Positions 19,435 to 30,700 of a stretch of 64,000 nt of DNA are shown one piece after another. Both the position numbers and the translations under genes were made by a program. Position 1 is the stretch's first letter. Each line of letters begins with the position of its first letter. The stretch is from Holosporaceae bacterium (GTDB lineage Bacteria > Pseudomonadota > Alphaproteobacteria > UBA3830): assembly GCA_031257475.1 (NCBI GenBank), contig JAIROP010000026.1, forward strand, positions 39,482-103,481, given 5' to 3'. Under the pieces are notes generated by a model. The model did not search any database and was not told the DNA's origin. It saw only the letters and a list, made by a program, of their open reading frames with translations.

Positions 19435-21069
19435 GTGTTTTATGAAAAGTGGCGGTTTACATTGATAGCGTTAGTGTCTGTGACAAGTTGTATTTCTGTT
19501 GACGATGCAAGGACTCCCCAGCAAAAGAATTTAAATACTAAAATTTTTGAAACCATATCCTCCCCGGTGGATGATTTTCTTCCAGATACAGATTACGAGG
19601 AGTCCCAGGAAGAAAAGGAAAAAAAGCCAGTTATTGGGGCAAGTTTTTACAAACCAATATCTCTTTCCATTGCGGATGGCATGAAAATAAGAGAGATCCT
19701 AACCCAAATGGCATCTTTGGCAGGGGTGGATATATTTGTAGTTCAGGATGTGGAGGGGACTATTTCCTTTTCTGCCAATGGACGGCCATTTTTAGATGTA
19801 TTGAAGGATGTTTGCAGCAGCCTTGGTCTAAAATACTCTATCAACGGCAATTCCGTAAGGGTTGAAGTGGACTCTCCAATCTCCCAGATTTACAACGTAC
19901 AGTTTCTGAACATTCAGCGAGATACCCAGAGCAATGTCTCAGTATCGACGGATATTTTTGCCAATCAATCCATTGGGATAAAGGGAAATGTATCTCTTTC
20001 GGCTGGATCTGCCAACAATGGATCCAATAGCTCGGTTTCTGAAGTGGTTAAAAGCGATTTCTGGGCGGAGCTGGAAGCTGCCCTGAAAACAATTGTGGGA
20101 GAGAAGGACGGATTCTACGTTTCTATTCACCGGCAGGGAGGGTTGGTGACAGTTTATGCTCCAAGTACCAAGCAGGATGAAGTACAGAAATATCTGCATC
20201 TATTGAAGCAAACCACAGAGTCTCAGGTACTTATCGAGGCAAAAATTTTGGAGGTGAATTTAAAAAATGAATACAAAAATGGAATAAACTGGAACATTGT
20301 GCGCAGCAGTGGAGTAAAACTGGAGAAAACTTTTTCTGATCCAAATGGATTGTTTTCCTTTGGAATAGCGAGGAATAATCTGAACATTGTAGCTGGTATA
20401 ATAGAAAAGTTTGGAGCGGTTAAAACTCTGTCAAGTCCCAGAATTACGGTTCTTAACAACCAATCGGCTGTGCTGAAGGTCGCTCAGAACGAGGTAGTGT
20501 ATTTCCCAGAATTACAGAGACAATATGCCACTGTGTCCGATAATCGCAGCACAGATGTCCTTTCCACAACGATCCACACCATTCCTGTTGGACTGATAAT
20601 GTCCGTGGTACCATCCGTTGATTGCAAGGATAACACTATTTTGCTGAGTCTGCGACCAACTATTTCCCGCATCGTCAACTACAAAGATGTGCCTTTTTTC
20701 TATCAGACCACATCCACCATCAATTTACCGGCGGGGAGCGATCCTACAAAATATGGCATTCAATACCATAAAATTCCCATTGTTGATGTGAGAGAAATGG
20801 ATTCGGTTCTGAAGCTTATCTCTGGTCAAGTGGTTGTGATGGGGGGATTGATGCAAGAATCATCAAGCAATAATCGGGATGGATTACCGGGCTTTAGGAA
20901 GGCTGATTTTATTCTGGGGAGTCATGAAAAATCCACAAATATTACGGAGTTGGTGATTTTTCTGAAAGCCACAATTTTGCGGAGAAAGAGTAAAACACAT
21001 CACAAAGCAGATCAGAAGATGTATGACACATTTGCCAGTGATCCAAGACCGTTGGAGTTTAAAAAATGA
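19435..21069 (+). CDS. Outer-membrane secretin lipoprotein (MshL/PilQ/GspD family)
   Basis: Lipobox VTSC after a hydrophobic leader. C-terminal secretin domain: KTLSSPRITVLNNQSAVLKV ... IPIVDVREMDSVLKLISGQVVVMGGL ... TELVIFLKATIL. Confidence 0.85.
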   Translation: MFYEKWRFTLIALVSVTSCISVDDARTPQQKNLNTKIFETISSPVDDFLPDTDYEESQEEKEKKPVIGASFYKPISLSIADGMKIREILTQMASLAGVDIFVVQDVEGTISFSANGRPFLDVLKDVCSSLGLKYSINGNSVRVEVDSPISQIYNVQFLNIQRDTQSNVSVSTDIFANQSIGIKGNVSLSAGSANNGSNSSVSEVVKSDFWAELEAALKTIVGEKDGFYVSIHRQGGLVTVYAPSTKQDEVQKYLHLLKQTTESQVLIEAKILEVNLKNEYKNGINWNIVRSSGVKLEKTFSDPNGLFSFGIARNNLNIVAGIIEKFGAVKTLSSPRITVLNNQSAVLKVAQNEVVYFPELQRQYATVSDNRSTDVLSTTIHTIPVGLIMSVVPSVDCKDNTILLSLRPTISRIVNYKDVPFFYQTTSTINLPAGSDPTKYGIQYHKIPIVDVREMDSVLKLISGQVVVMGGLMQESSSNNRDGLPGFRKADFILGSHEKSTNITELVIFLKATILRRKSKTHHKADQKMYDTFASDPRPLEFKK

Positions 21070-21704
21070 TAAAGTTCTCCAAGGTGGACAGAGGATTTTC
21101 CCTCATAGAAGTGGCCATCGCCGTAATGGTGATAGGTATCATTATAAGTTTCACCATGAAAGGTAAGGGATTAATGGAGTCCGCCAGGTTGATGTCCGTA
21201 GTAAAGCAGGTAAATATATTCAAAGATGCAACATACATCTTTTTTGATAAATACGGAACTATGCCGGGAGATTTTCCTCGGGCAAAGGAGATGATCAGCG
21301 AATCACTGGAGAACGGATCTGGAAATGGAAAAATAGAATCAATAAACGATGTCAAGCGCTTTTGGCAACAGTTGAGTGTTTCCAATATATTGAACGTGGA
21401 ATTGGTTGATGGGTTGCCAATTAGCAAAGTTGGCGGATGTTACTGCGTCTCCTCCAATGTTTCCAGTTTGTCAGGTGTTTGGATTATTCTATGCGGAGAT
21501 AGCGATGACAATGCTAGCTTTTCTGGAATCCTATCACCGGGGGATGCATGGACCATCGATAAGGCCCATGACACAGGAGATCCTTTAACTGGAGATATTC
21601 GGGTAATAAAATCTTCCAACGCAACTGGAGATATAATCAGTGGTGGGAAATATAATGTCAAAAACCAAAACAAGGATTGCGTGTTACTGTTCCGCCTGTT
21701 TTAG
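21066..21704 (+). CDS. Type IV pilin / pseudopilin-like protein
   Basis: Prepilin leader MIKFSKVDRG followed by FSLIEVAIAVMVIG (G-1, E+5). Its ATG overlaps the secretin stop. Confidence 0.8.
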   Translation: MIKFSKVDRGFSLIEVAIAVMVIGIIISFTMKGKGLMESARLMSVVKQVNIFKDATYIFFDKYGTMPGDFPRAKEMISESLENGSGNGKIESINDVKRFWQQLSVSNILNVELVDGLPISKVGGCYCVSSNVSSLSGVWIILCGDSDDNASFSGILSPGDAWTIDKAHDTGDPLTGDIRVIKSSNATGDIISGGKYNVKNQNKDCVLLFRLF

Positions 21705-22377
21705 CAGAGGATCAATTCTGCTGGAAGTGGCCATAGCCCTGTCTATCATTGGACTGCTTTCCGGCTTTTTTGTAACAAAGACAATCACTGTTCGAAAGAT
21801 AATGCGAATGCAGGTCACCAAAAACAACATAGAGGCGGTTTCTCTTGCGCTGGTGTCTTTTCTGGTGAACAACAACAGGCTTCCCTATCCATCCCTTGAT
21901 TTTGATGGAAGGGAAGGAAAGATCTCGGAATATAATCTATCCAGTTATGTGGGAGGAGTTCCATTCCATGTGCTGGGAATACCGGCCAAAATTGCCTTGG
22001 ATGGGGAAGGGAAGAGACTGATATATGTCGTGGATCCTTTCTTTACCTTGTTTTTTCAAAAAACATATGACGATGGAAAGTTTGATCGGAATCTATGTGA
22101 TGGCTTTTCAGATCCTAAAATCATAATTGATGGGATAGCGTTAACGACACAAAACCCAGTGGTCTTCGTTATAGTAATAGACAATAAGGACAACCTACGT
22201 GTATCCGAAAAAATCCACATTGTTGTCGAAGAAAATACCTACTGGGTTTCTAGAGATATGCTGTTGATGCAATACCTTAAAAGTGCTCCATGCAGAAGAG
22301 AAATTACACCACAGGCTCTCACTCCGGCTACACCTGCAGCACCAACTGGGTCTGTGAATCCATTCGATGCTTTTTAG
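21655..22377 (+). CDS. Second prepilin-type N-terminal domain protein (minor pilin-like)
   Basis: ...CFSRG then SILLEVAIALSIIGLL (G-1, E+5). The start is uncertain and the gene overlaps the upstream pilin 3' end. Confidence 0.6.
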   Translation: MSKTKTRIACYCSACFSRGSILLEVAIALSIIGLLSGFFVTKTITVRKIMRMQVTKNNIEAVSLALVSFLVNNNRLPYPSLDFDGREGKISEYNLSSYVGGVPFHVLGIPAKIALDGEGKRLIYVVDPFFTLFFQKTYDDGKFDRNLCDGFSDPKIIIDGIALTTQNPVVFVIVIDNKDNLRVSEKIHIVVEENTYWVSRDMLLMQYLKSAPCRREITPQALTPATPAAPTGSVNPFDAF

Positions 22378-22435
22378 TTGCTGCGCTCTCCTATGCAGGC
22401 CTCCTGAAAATAATATTTTCGACCGATAGATAGAA

Positions 22436-22927
22436 TCAGGGTTTTGATGGATATGGCTTGCGGTGATAGTCCAGTGCAGCCAATTGACTTTCTTTCGGCA
22501 GGCATGTTACCCGGACCTTTACACAGCCTTTTCTGCGTGAGCCAAGCTTTTCCGCAGCTCTCTGGGAAATGTCGATGATTCTTCTGTGGGTTTTTGCGAA
22601 CGGACCACGATCGTTCACCAAAAGCTTAACCTTTTTTCCATTTTCCAGATTTTCCACCAGGACCACTGAGGGAAGGGGCAGTGTTCTATGAGCTGCTGTC
22701 AATTTATTTTTGTCGAACTTTCTGCCTGTGGCCGTCGGTTGCCCTTGGCAATCATATCCATACCAGGATGCTACGCCCACCGCGGAGTATTGATAATGGA
22801 CCTGCGGATAGTACCTCACCCCATTAATTACGTATGGACGCTCTGTACCCGCATGACAACTCTTCCCAGGACGCTCTTTTGGATTCGAGCACGTCACCAG
22901 CAGCAGTAAAAAAAATATCGCCCTCAT
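22436..22927 (-). CDS. rlpA: Septal ring lytic transglycosylase RlpA-family lipoprotein
   Basis: Lipobox LLVTCS. DPBB core GVASWYGYDCQGQPTATGRKFD ... TAAHRTLPLPS ... VNDRGPF. Confidence 0.85.
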   Translation of the reverse strand: MRAIFFLLLLVTCSNPKERPGKSCHAGTERPYVINGVRYYPQVHYQYSAVGVASWYGYDCQGQPTATGRKFDKNKLTAAHRTLPLPSVVLVENLENGKKVKLLVNDRGPFAKTHRRIIDISQRAAEKLGSRRKGCVKVRVTCLPKESQLAALDYHRKPYPSKP

Positions 22928-22975
22928 TAACCTATTATTGCTATCATCCTACATATCTTCTCTGGAGTTTTTGCA

Positions 22976-23428
22976 TTGCCTAAGAAAACCATGCGCGACC
23001 TCATGCCACACATAAAACCCCTAACCGCAAGGAATACTATCATATGGACACAAAAACCGGAACAAAAATTTCTGCAGCAGAAAATTATGCATGAGTCTTT
23101 TTATCCAAAGGAAAGTCAGTTACACGGAATAAGCAGGAAACTTAAACGCAGATTTATCTATGAAAAAGTTGTGGATTTACATGGATTAACTGTCAAAGAA
23201 GCCTTTAATAAATTGTTAGTTTTTTTCGCAAACTGCCAGCTGGAAAATATCAAAAATGTCATAGTAATAACCGGAGGCAATGATCTTAAAACCTCTGTTA
23301 TTCGCTCGTCTTTTCAAAAATGGATCAGAGAATCATTTGGACAGTACGTACACTCATACTCCCAGGCAAATATTCAACATGGAGGCCAGGGCTCATTTTA
23401 TGTGGTACTTAAAAAAATTAAACTCTAA
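22976..23428 (+). CDS. Smr domain protein
   Basis: VDLHGLTVKEAFNKL ... VIVITGGN matches the Smr domain. The start is uncertain (TTG at 22976 or ATG at 22991). Confidence 0.72.
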   Translation: MPKKTMRDLMPHIKPLTARNTIIWTQKPEQKFLQQKIMHESFYPKESQLHGISRKLKRRFIYEKVVDLHGLTVKEAFNKLLVFFANCQLENIKNVIVITGGNDLKTSVIRSSFQKWIRESFGQYVHSYSQANIQHGGQGSFYVVLKKIKL

Positions 23429-23605
23429 CCTAGGCACTGTTTACAAACTGCTTTTTTGGGTATTTTTGTCGCCGGATCCGCTGCTCTTAGCCCTCATGTA
23501 CTACATATACTCTGCGGTCTTGCGCTACGTTCCTCCTAAAAAATCCTCAAAAAAACCTGGCTTGTAAACAGTTCCTAACACTACTATATTCCTTTCTAAA
23601 CCGAG

Positions 23606-24892
23606 TCATACAGAAATAATCAGTAGATGTTTTTTCTTCCCACAAGAAAGTTTCAGCGCCGTATTAGCTGGTAGATCCAACGGGACACTATAGCTCTCTG
23701 AGACTATTTCGTTGTTTATCTGTACGCTGTTGCTGCGCAGAAGGCGTTTTGCATCGCTGCGGCTCGCGCATAGATTGCTATCGACCATTATATCGACGAT
23801 GGATTTTGCTTCGGACTTTTTCATATCATATCTGGGAATCGATTCCAGAGAAATCAAGTCATCGCATTCGTCCCCATTCCCAAACATGCCAGACGCTGCT
23901 CTATGAATTTCCACGATGGAATTTTTGCCATGGGCAATGCTGGTCACTTCGTCCGCCAATATTATTTTCAAAGCGTTCAATTCCTGACCTGTGACGGCTT
24001 CCATTTTTTTGATTTCCTTCACATCAATATCCGTGAACAGATACATTAGTTTTATGACGTCAGCGTCGTCAATATTTCTCCAATACTGCCAAAAATCATA
24101 GGGAGAGAGCATATCGGCGGATAGCCACACAGTACCGCTGGAGGTTTTTCCCATCTTCACACCACTGGCTGTGGTGAGAAGCGGATTAGTGAATCCAAAA
24201 ACTTCCTTTCCAAGTTTTTTCTTTACCAATTCTACGCCGCAGATGATATTTCCCCATTGATCTTGGCCTCCAAATTGTATGCAACAATTTTGTTCAGAAT
24301 ACAATTTATAGAAATCGTAGGCCTGGAGTAACATGTAGTTGAATTCCAGGAAACTCAACGAATCGTTGGCGGTCAGCTTGGCCTTAACTGACTCAAACCC
24401 TATCATGCGATTGATGGAAAAATATCCGCCAATATCGCGCAAAAATGGAATATACTCAAGCTGATCCAGCCAGTCTGCATTATTTACCATAATGACGGAG
24501 GATTCATCGCCTCCAAATTTCAAGAATGGCGCGAGGCAGACCTTTATGCCGGCTAGATTGATGGAAATCTCCTCGTTTGTTAGAATTGGTCGGGATGTAT
24601 TTTTGAAGGACGGATCACCTATCTTTGTCGTACCACCACCTGCTAGCACGATTGGCCTATGTCCATGTTTCTGGAATAATCTCAGCAAAAAAATCGGGAT
24701 TAGATGACCGACATGCAGGCTTCTGGCTGTCACATCAATTCCCAGATAGCCACGTCTTCCCCTGGTTGTCAGGAATTCATCCATCGCCTCAAGATTTGTC
24801 GATTGATAGAAAAAACCACGAGCTTCCGCCTCATTTAAAAAAGATGACCTATATTTCAATTCTTCCTCCAGAACAATATGGGCCGCGCCCAA
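23606..24892 (-). CDS. tyrS: Tyrosine--tRNA ligase
   Basis: HIGH-type motif SLHVGHL, KMSKS-type motif KMGKTSSG, C-terminal S4-like domain. Confidence 0.95.
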   Translation of the reverse strand: MGAAHIVLEEELKYRSSFLNEAEARGFFYQSTNLEAMDEFLTTRGRRGYLGIDVTARSLHVGHLIPIFLLRLFQKHGHRPIVLAGGGTTKIGDPSFKNTSRPILTNEEISINLAGIKVCLAPFLKFGGDESSVIMVNNADWLDQLEYIPFLRDIGGYFSINRMIGFESVKAKLTANDSLSFLEFNYMLLQAYDFYKLYSEQNCCIQFGGQDQWGNIICGVELVKKKLGKEVFGFTNPLLTTASGVKMGKTSSGTVWLSADMLSPYDFWQYWRNIDDADVIKLMYLFTDIDVKEIKKMEAVTGQELNALKIILADEVTSIAHGKNSIVEIHRAASGMFGNGDECDDLISLESIPRYDMKKSEAKSIVDIMVDSNLCASRSDAKRLLRSNSVQINNEIVSESYSVPLDLPANTALKLSCGKKKHLLIISV

Positions 24893-24893
24893 C

Positions 24894-25550
24894 CTACATG
24901 TTCACTGCCGCCCCAACGTATTTTGCATTCAAATATTCTGTAATGCAATCTTTTATAGTTAGTAAATCATTTTTAAACGAATGGTCACAATTTGAGAGAA
25001 CTCTGTAATCGATTTTTATTCCTTTTTGGTTATTCAGTTTTTCGACCAATTTGTTCACGTTTTCAATTGGGCATACGACATCCTTTTCACCGTTTATTAT
25101 CATTCCAGAAACTGGACATGGAGCTAGAAACGCAAAATCATAGAGATTGGCCGGAGGACATACGGCCACGAATCCTGCTATTTCTGGCCGCCGCATGAGC
25201 AATTGCATTCCAATGAGCGATCCAAAGGAAAAACCGGCAATCCACAATGGACGCTCGCCCTGGTTTATAGATTGGATCCAATCCAAAACAGCGGCAGTGT
25301 CCGTTAATTCACCTTCGCCCTTATCGTAGATTCCCTCAGATTTTCCAACACCTCGAAAATTAAACCTTATGGCCGAAAAACCATTTTCCACAAATGCATT
25401 ATACAGCGCTACTGTGACCCGATTGTTCATGGTGCCACCTTGCAGCGGATTTGGGTGCAGAACTATCACCAGAGGAGCATTGGGCGTTTTGTTATGATGG
25501 TACCTTGCTTCGATCCTTCCTGCATTTCCCATCAAAACTATTGCTGGCAT
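24894..25550 (-). CDS. Alpha/beta hydrolase
   Basis: Nucleophile elbow GFSFGS. Conserved FNFRGVGKSEG region. Start chosen at MPAIVLMG with an AGGAGA RBS. Confidence 0.8.
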   Translation of the reverse strand: MPAIVLMGNAGRIEARYHHNKTPNAPLVIVLHPNPLQGGTMNNRVTVALYNAFVENGFSAIRFNFRGVGKSEGIYDKGEGELTDTAAVLDWIQSINQGERPLWIAGFSFGSLIGMQLLMRRPEIAGFVAVCPPANLYDFAFLAPCPVSGMIINGEKDVVCPIENVNKLVEKLNNQKGIKIDYRVLSNCDHSFKNDLLTIKDCITEYLNAKYVGAAVNM

Positions 25551-25738
25551 TTGGCTTCTCCTGCTTATTCTATATGACACTGTTACAAATAGTATCTTTT
25601 CCGCTGCTTCACAAGTATTTTTCAGGAAAAAAGAGATCGTTGCCTATCGGAGCTTCAAAAAAATTATGACTGAACCCTGTAAATAATTCATTAACCATTA
25701 TTAGTATACTCTAAACAAATGATTATGTGGTTATTGAA

Positions 25739-27031
25739 ATGAAGTATTCCATCCAGTGGTACGAGGGGATGTTGTTATCGCCTCATCATTTTCAGCAGTT
25801 AACCAACAATTTACAGAATTTATTTAGCGTCTTCAGCGGATCCGCCAATGCCTTTGGTTTTGGGGTATTTGATCTTCAAATAGATACATCGGCATTGGTC
25901 TCAGGTGTGGTACGAGTAATGAAAGTACGCGGTATTTTTCAGGACGGTTTACACTTTGACTTCGATGCTATGCATGATCAGCCACTGGAGAAAAATCTCA
26001 TTGATTATTTTATCGCTAACAATGCTGCGGTAAAAGTTTATCTGGCAATTCCAGCCAGAAGGAACGGGGAGAACGAACTTAGCGGAGAAATGGCTAGATA
26101 TTATTCCGCAGAAATCACCAACGTAAGTGATGAAAATACCGGGGAAAACGCCATAAATATGCCAATCCTAAAACCACATCTCAAACTGCTGCTGGAAAAG
26201 GAGGTGGACGCACGCTACGTGAGTTTCCCACTATTTGAAGCTGAAAAAGCCATCGACGGCGGAGTTTCTGGAACCAGTTTTCTTCCCCCATTTTTGATCC
26301 TCGATGAGCATTCCAAAATTTGCGAAATGGTTCGAGATGTGGTCCAAATCATCCGCAATAAAGTTTCCTATTTTTCGGATCGAAAGGATAATTTCTCAAG
26401 AACGGTGACGGATGAAACTATGGCCAGCTTACGGCTGCTAATTCAGTCTGTACTGCCTGTGGAAGCCATGATTCACATCAACGGAATTCAGCCATTTGAA
26501 ATATATAGATGTCTGCTGGAATCTGTGTCCAAGATAATATCCATTAATCCAACTCAGTTGACACCAAGATTATCCATTTACAGCCACAACGACCTGTTTA
26601 AGACATTTGATTCACTGGTACAGCATATCAAGGACGTTTTGGGTAGTCTTAAACAGCAATACGATATAATTCATTTCAGCAAAGAAGGTGCTGTCTTTAA
26701 GCTGCAGATGAAAAAAGAGTGGCTGCAGAAAGAGGAAATTGCCATCGGTGTACAGAAACCGTTCTCCGCATCTGATGACGAGACTCTGGAATGGATCAAG
26801 GGGGTTCAAATAGCTAGCGAATCTATGCTACCGCTGATAAGAGATAAACGCGTTCTAGGGGCTGAACGAAAAATTCTGGAGAGGGGATCCTATATAACGC
26901 AGCCAAATAACATGATCATTCTCTCCGTGAAAACCAAAACGACCTACATAAAACCTGCTGAGAAATTATGCCTACTTAACGCGTCGCAGAACATACTTCC
27001 GGAGGAGGTGGTGCTATATGCCGAGTGCTAA
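25739..27031 (+). CDS. tssK: Type VI secretion system baseplate protein TssK
   Basis: N-terminus MKYSIQWYEGMLLSPHHFQQ is the TssK/VasE hallmark; about 430 aa. It is first in a four-gene coupled operon. Confidence 0.88.
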   Translation: MKYSIQWYEGMLLSPHHFQQLTNNLQNLFSVFSGSANAFGFGVFDLQIDTSALVSGVVRVMKVRGIFQDGLHFDFDAMHDQPLEKNLIDYFIANNAAVKVYLAIPARRNGENELSGEMARYYSAEITNVSDENTGENAINMPILKPHLKLLLEKEVDARYVSFPLFEAEKAIDGGVSGTSFLPPFLILDEHSKICEMVRDVVQIIRNKVSYFSDRKDNFSRTVTDETMASLRLLIQSVLPVEAMIHINGIQPFEIYRCLLESVSKIISINPTQLTPRLSIYSHNDLFKTFDSLVQHIKDVLGSLKQQYDIIHFSKEGAVFKLQMKKEWLQKEEIAIGVQKPFSASDDETLEWIKGVQIASESMLPLIRDKRVLGAERKILERGSYITQPNNMIILSVKTKTTYIKPAEKLCLLNASQNILPEEVVLYAEC

Positions 27032-27752
27032 TGGTCAGAAAATGCCTTCTCCATTGAAGGAAAAATTCGGAGATTTTTGCCTGGAAGTTTTCAACAGCAA
27101 AGACAATATAAAAAACGGCGCAGACGTGGTGGATTGCAGAGCACTACACAAGTTCCTGGGAACAATTCTCAAGTCGTCCATTGACTCTGAACAAAGCTTG
27201 CCATCCGATACAACCGCCAAAGAAGTCGTCTACCTTATGGCTGCTATAGCCGATGAAGTATTTCTGAACATGGAGTGGCCTGGTAAACAATACTGGGAAG
27301 AAAATATGCTGGAACAGCGTTATTTTGGATCTCAAATTGCAGGAGAGAAAGTTTTCGACAGGATAGACATTCTGCTTGGAGAAAATGATCCCACATCTGT
27401 CGGAAAAGCTAAAATTTACCTTAAAATTCTACTACTTGGATTCAAAGGAAAATATCGCAGATTAGAGGATGAACAGACCGGAATTGCGCTGTACAAAAAT
27501 AATCTTCTCGTGTTCATTGAAAAAAACGATAAATCAATATTCATGATAGGACACCGCATTTTCCAGAAAGAATACACCTATACCATACCAACCATACATC
27601 GAAAACTTCTGCCAGACGCCTCCATCGTAAGCTATATGTGTGCATTTTTTGTTTTTATGTTTCTGGTTATCAGTTCAGTGGTCTGGATATTTGAAACCAG
27701 AGACCTAAAAAGGCTACTCTGTGATATATCAGAGATCGCTTTGCGGGAGTGA
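27018..27752 (+). CDS. tssL: Type VI secretion system membrane protein TssL (DotU family, short form)
   Basis: DotU core AAIADEVFLN ... YLKILLLGFKGKYR, then a single C-terminal TM (SYMCAFFVFMFLVISSVVWIF). No periplasmic OmpA/PG-binding extension. Confidence 0.85.
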   Translation: MPSANGQKMPSPLKEKFGDFCLEVFNSKDNIKNGADVVDCRALHKFLGTILKSSIDSEQSLPSDTTAKEVVYLMAAIADEVFLNMEWPGKQYWEENMLEQRYFGSQIAGEKVFDRIDILLGENDPTSVGKAKIYLKILLLGFKGKYRRLEDEQTGIALYKNNLLVFIEKNDKSIFMIGHRIFQKEYTYTIPTIHRKLLPDASIVSYMCAFFVFMFLVISSVVWIFETRDLKRLLCDISEIALRE

Positions 27753-30700
27753 GGATGGATATAAAAGGCCTACTATCCAGCAAGATATCTTTGGTTCCAA
27801 AGGAATTGGTTCCAGCGATCTCCATTGGTGTAATTATTGTCGCATTTCTACTAATTCTGGTTTTTTTCGTCCTGTGCATAGCTTACATAAACATGAAACC
27901 CAAGCCAGTGGTAAAAAGGGACGATAAAAAAGCTCATAAAAAAGACGAAAAGCTTTCGGTGAAGATGCGTCATGAGGACCTTCCGATAATTTCCGGGCGC
28001 ATGGGGGAAATTTTGACCATGATGGGATTTCTCCATGCAGGTCCAATAACCAGGGTTTTCTTTAAGGTTTTGGAGGTCATAAAGAACAGCACCTATGACA
28101 TTCGCTGGAGATACAAACTTCCATGCTTTATGATGGCGGGGCTATCGGGAAGCGGCAAATCCACACTGCTGGATGGTCTGAATTTTGAGCATCTCACCGA
28201 CGATGGATCTGCGCTGGATTCCATGTGGAAATTATTCAAAGATGGAATTATTTTTGAAATGCCTCAGATGGATTCATCGGAGAATATTGATAAATTTTGG
28301 TCGTTTATTAGCGAGTTATTTATTTTTATTCGTCCGCGGCGTCCACTAGACGGAATCTTAGTCACTCTGCCAGCGGACATGTTGCTATTGGAAACATTTG
28401 ACGCCGAAAAACATGCACAGGAAATGTTTGAAAGGGTTTTCAAATTTCAGCACGAAGTGAATTTCCATCTGCCCATGTATTTGATTATCACCAAAATGGA
28501 CTATGTACCTGGATTTTTGGAGTTGGTAAATATTTTGAACGATACCACAAGGCAGCAAATTTTCGGATGGTCATGCCCATATTCCCTCAGAGTTACATTT
28601 TCATCCGACTGGATTCGCGAAATCTTTGAAACTGTGGAAAAAGGTATAGAAAGAGCAACGTTTTATTTTCTGCGGGATAGAAACGAAGATTTCGAACGAG
28701 CGGTTTTATTGGAGTACAATCTCAGGAAAATAAAAACTCCTTTGCGTAAGTACTTGCAGGCAATGTTTCAGACATATACTCCTGAGGATGGATTACTGCT
28801 TCGCGGGGTGTATTTCGTTGGCCAGCAGAACCACCAAATGGCAAATATTTCGGAAGATATTTTGAGTCCCTCGGCGCTGACTCCAGGTGTAAATCTGGCA
28901 TTCAGAGGTTCCTACAATAATGAGATGTGCTTCACGCAGGATTTATTCAGCGAGAAAATCTTCAGAGAACATAACATTGCCTATCCCATCCACCTGAACT
29001 CCATCGATATGAATAAAATAGAACAGCGAAATAAGATCATCATGGCTCTAGGGTCTAGTTTTGTAGCTTTTGGATGGTTCTGGGGCAACGCTAACATAAA
29101 ACAAAAGATTCATGAGTATTATTCAGTAATGGCCTCGGTGAAGACCACAATGGTAAAAATAAAATATTTGGAAACCCATTTAAAAGGAGAGGAAGATCAG
29201 GCTTTCATCAATAAGCAAACCACCGCTGTACTGAAAAATATGCCGCTGGTAAAGAGATTTGATTTTATATCTGTATTCGTACCCCAATCCTGGTTTGCAA
29301 ATTTGCACAAAGAAATGCTCGAAACCATAGGATTAGTTTTTGATTCTGTAATAATTCGCGCCATGTACATAGATATAAACCTGAATGCTAAGCATATTTT
29401 GCAAAATACCCTGGATGATTCTCGATCAATGGAAAAGAAAAATAATATTTTCGACGTTAATTCATTTCCAAGTTTCAAAAAATTGCATGAATTCGTGAAA
29501 CAAATTAATAGGATAGAAAAAATCAGTGCCGAATACGATTCTATACGGCATCTGGAGGATAGGAAAAGTGTGGCTGATCTAACCATGGTGCTTTTTAAGG
29601 AAAATTTCGATATAGCCGAAGATGTAAAAGATCGCGTTCCTAGCAAAAGATTGATTCCACCCAGGTTTGATATCACCCTATTCAAAACAAGGATAGAATC
29701 AAATCTAAAATTGATACTTACAGCGTTTTTAAATGATGTTTTAGATGTTACAGTGGAAAGAATATTGCAAAATTTATCCAGAGACATAGATGGACTTATA
29801 GAAATATCCCAAAATTCCATGCTACCCTATTCCAGTGAAAATCTTGCAAAAGTGTACAATAAAACTTTGCTGATCTCGGATATTTGGAAAAGTAAAAATT
29901 TTTTCTGGATAGCTTTGGATCACTTCGCTCCCTGTCAGGAATATATCGAGATAATGAAAAAGCTCGGAGCTTCCAGCATTGTAAGTAAAGATTACCTGAA
30001 AGAACTGATAAAGCTAAGTGAACTTGAGTTCCATAAATTTAGAGCAAAACTATTCAATTATTCCACAGATTTGACCGGAAAACTGCTTACGCCAGACTTC
30101 AAAAATGTGTCCACTGGATTCATCAATTTTCAAAAGGAAATCCAAACACTATTGGATCAACCTTTTATAAGTATAGTCCCCAAGGATCGATTAAACACCG
30201 TCATACTTGAAGATAAAATGCTGATTTGGGAACTCCAGAAACTCAAAGAACTATCCAATCTGATTGACAAATACTATGCATTCATAGAAAACATGCCGCC
30301 AGACATACGCCCCAGGTACTTCGAAATGTACAAAATTATTGCTCGCAAATGCTTTTATCCAATGATTGAAGCTACCCTTGGCAGTGCACAGGTCTTCGAG
30401 GATATTCCGTTGGGACATTCCAACGATTTGTTGGCGGAAGCTTACAAGCGTCAGGCAAATAACATCAGAGGTGCTTCCGTAGCTCTAACGAAAGTAGCCA
30501 AAGTGCTTGAAGAAATGCAGGAAGAGGATAATACCAAAACCTCTGATTTTGTACCAATGATCGTGGATCACTATTCCACTCTGCTAGAGAGAATAGACGC
30601 CTTATTTAGTCAATCCACCCCCTATGCAGCTGGCCATGCTGTGTTTGATAGCTGGGACGGCAACCAAACTCCGAGGTATCTTGATATAAGTGGTCCAGAC

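Noticed and set aside
29197-29820. 207-aa minus-strand ORF inside tssM.
   Set aside because: It is antisense to a well-supported long gene. Its Ser/Ile/Phe-rich composition is typical of shadow frames in AT-rich DNA.
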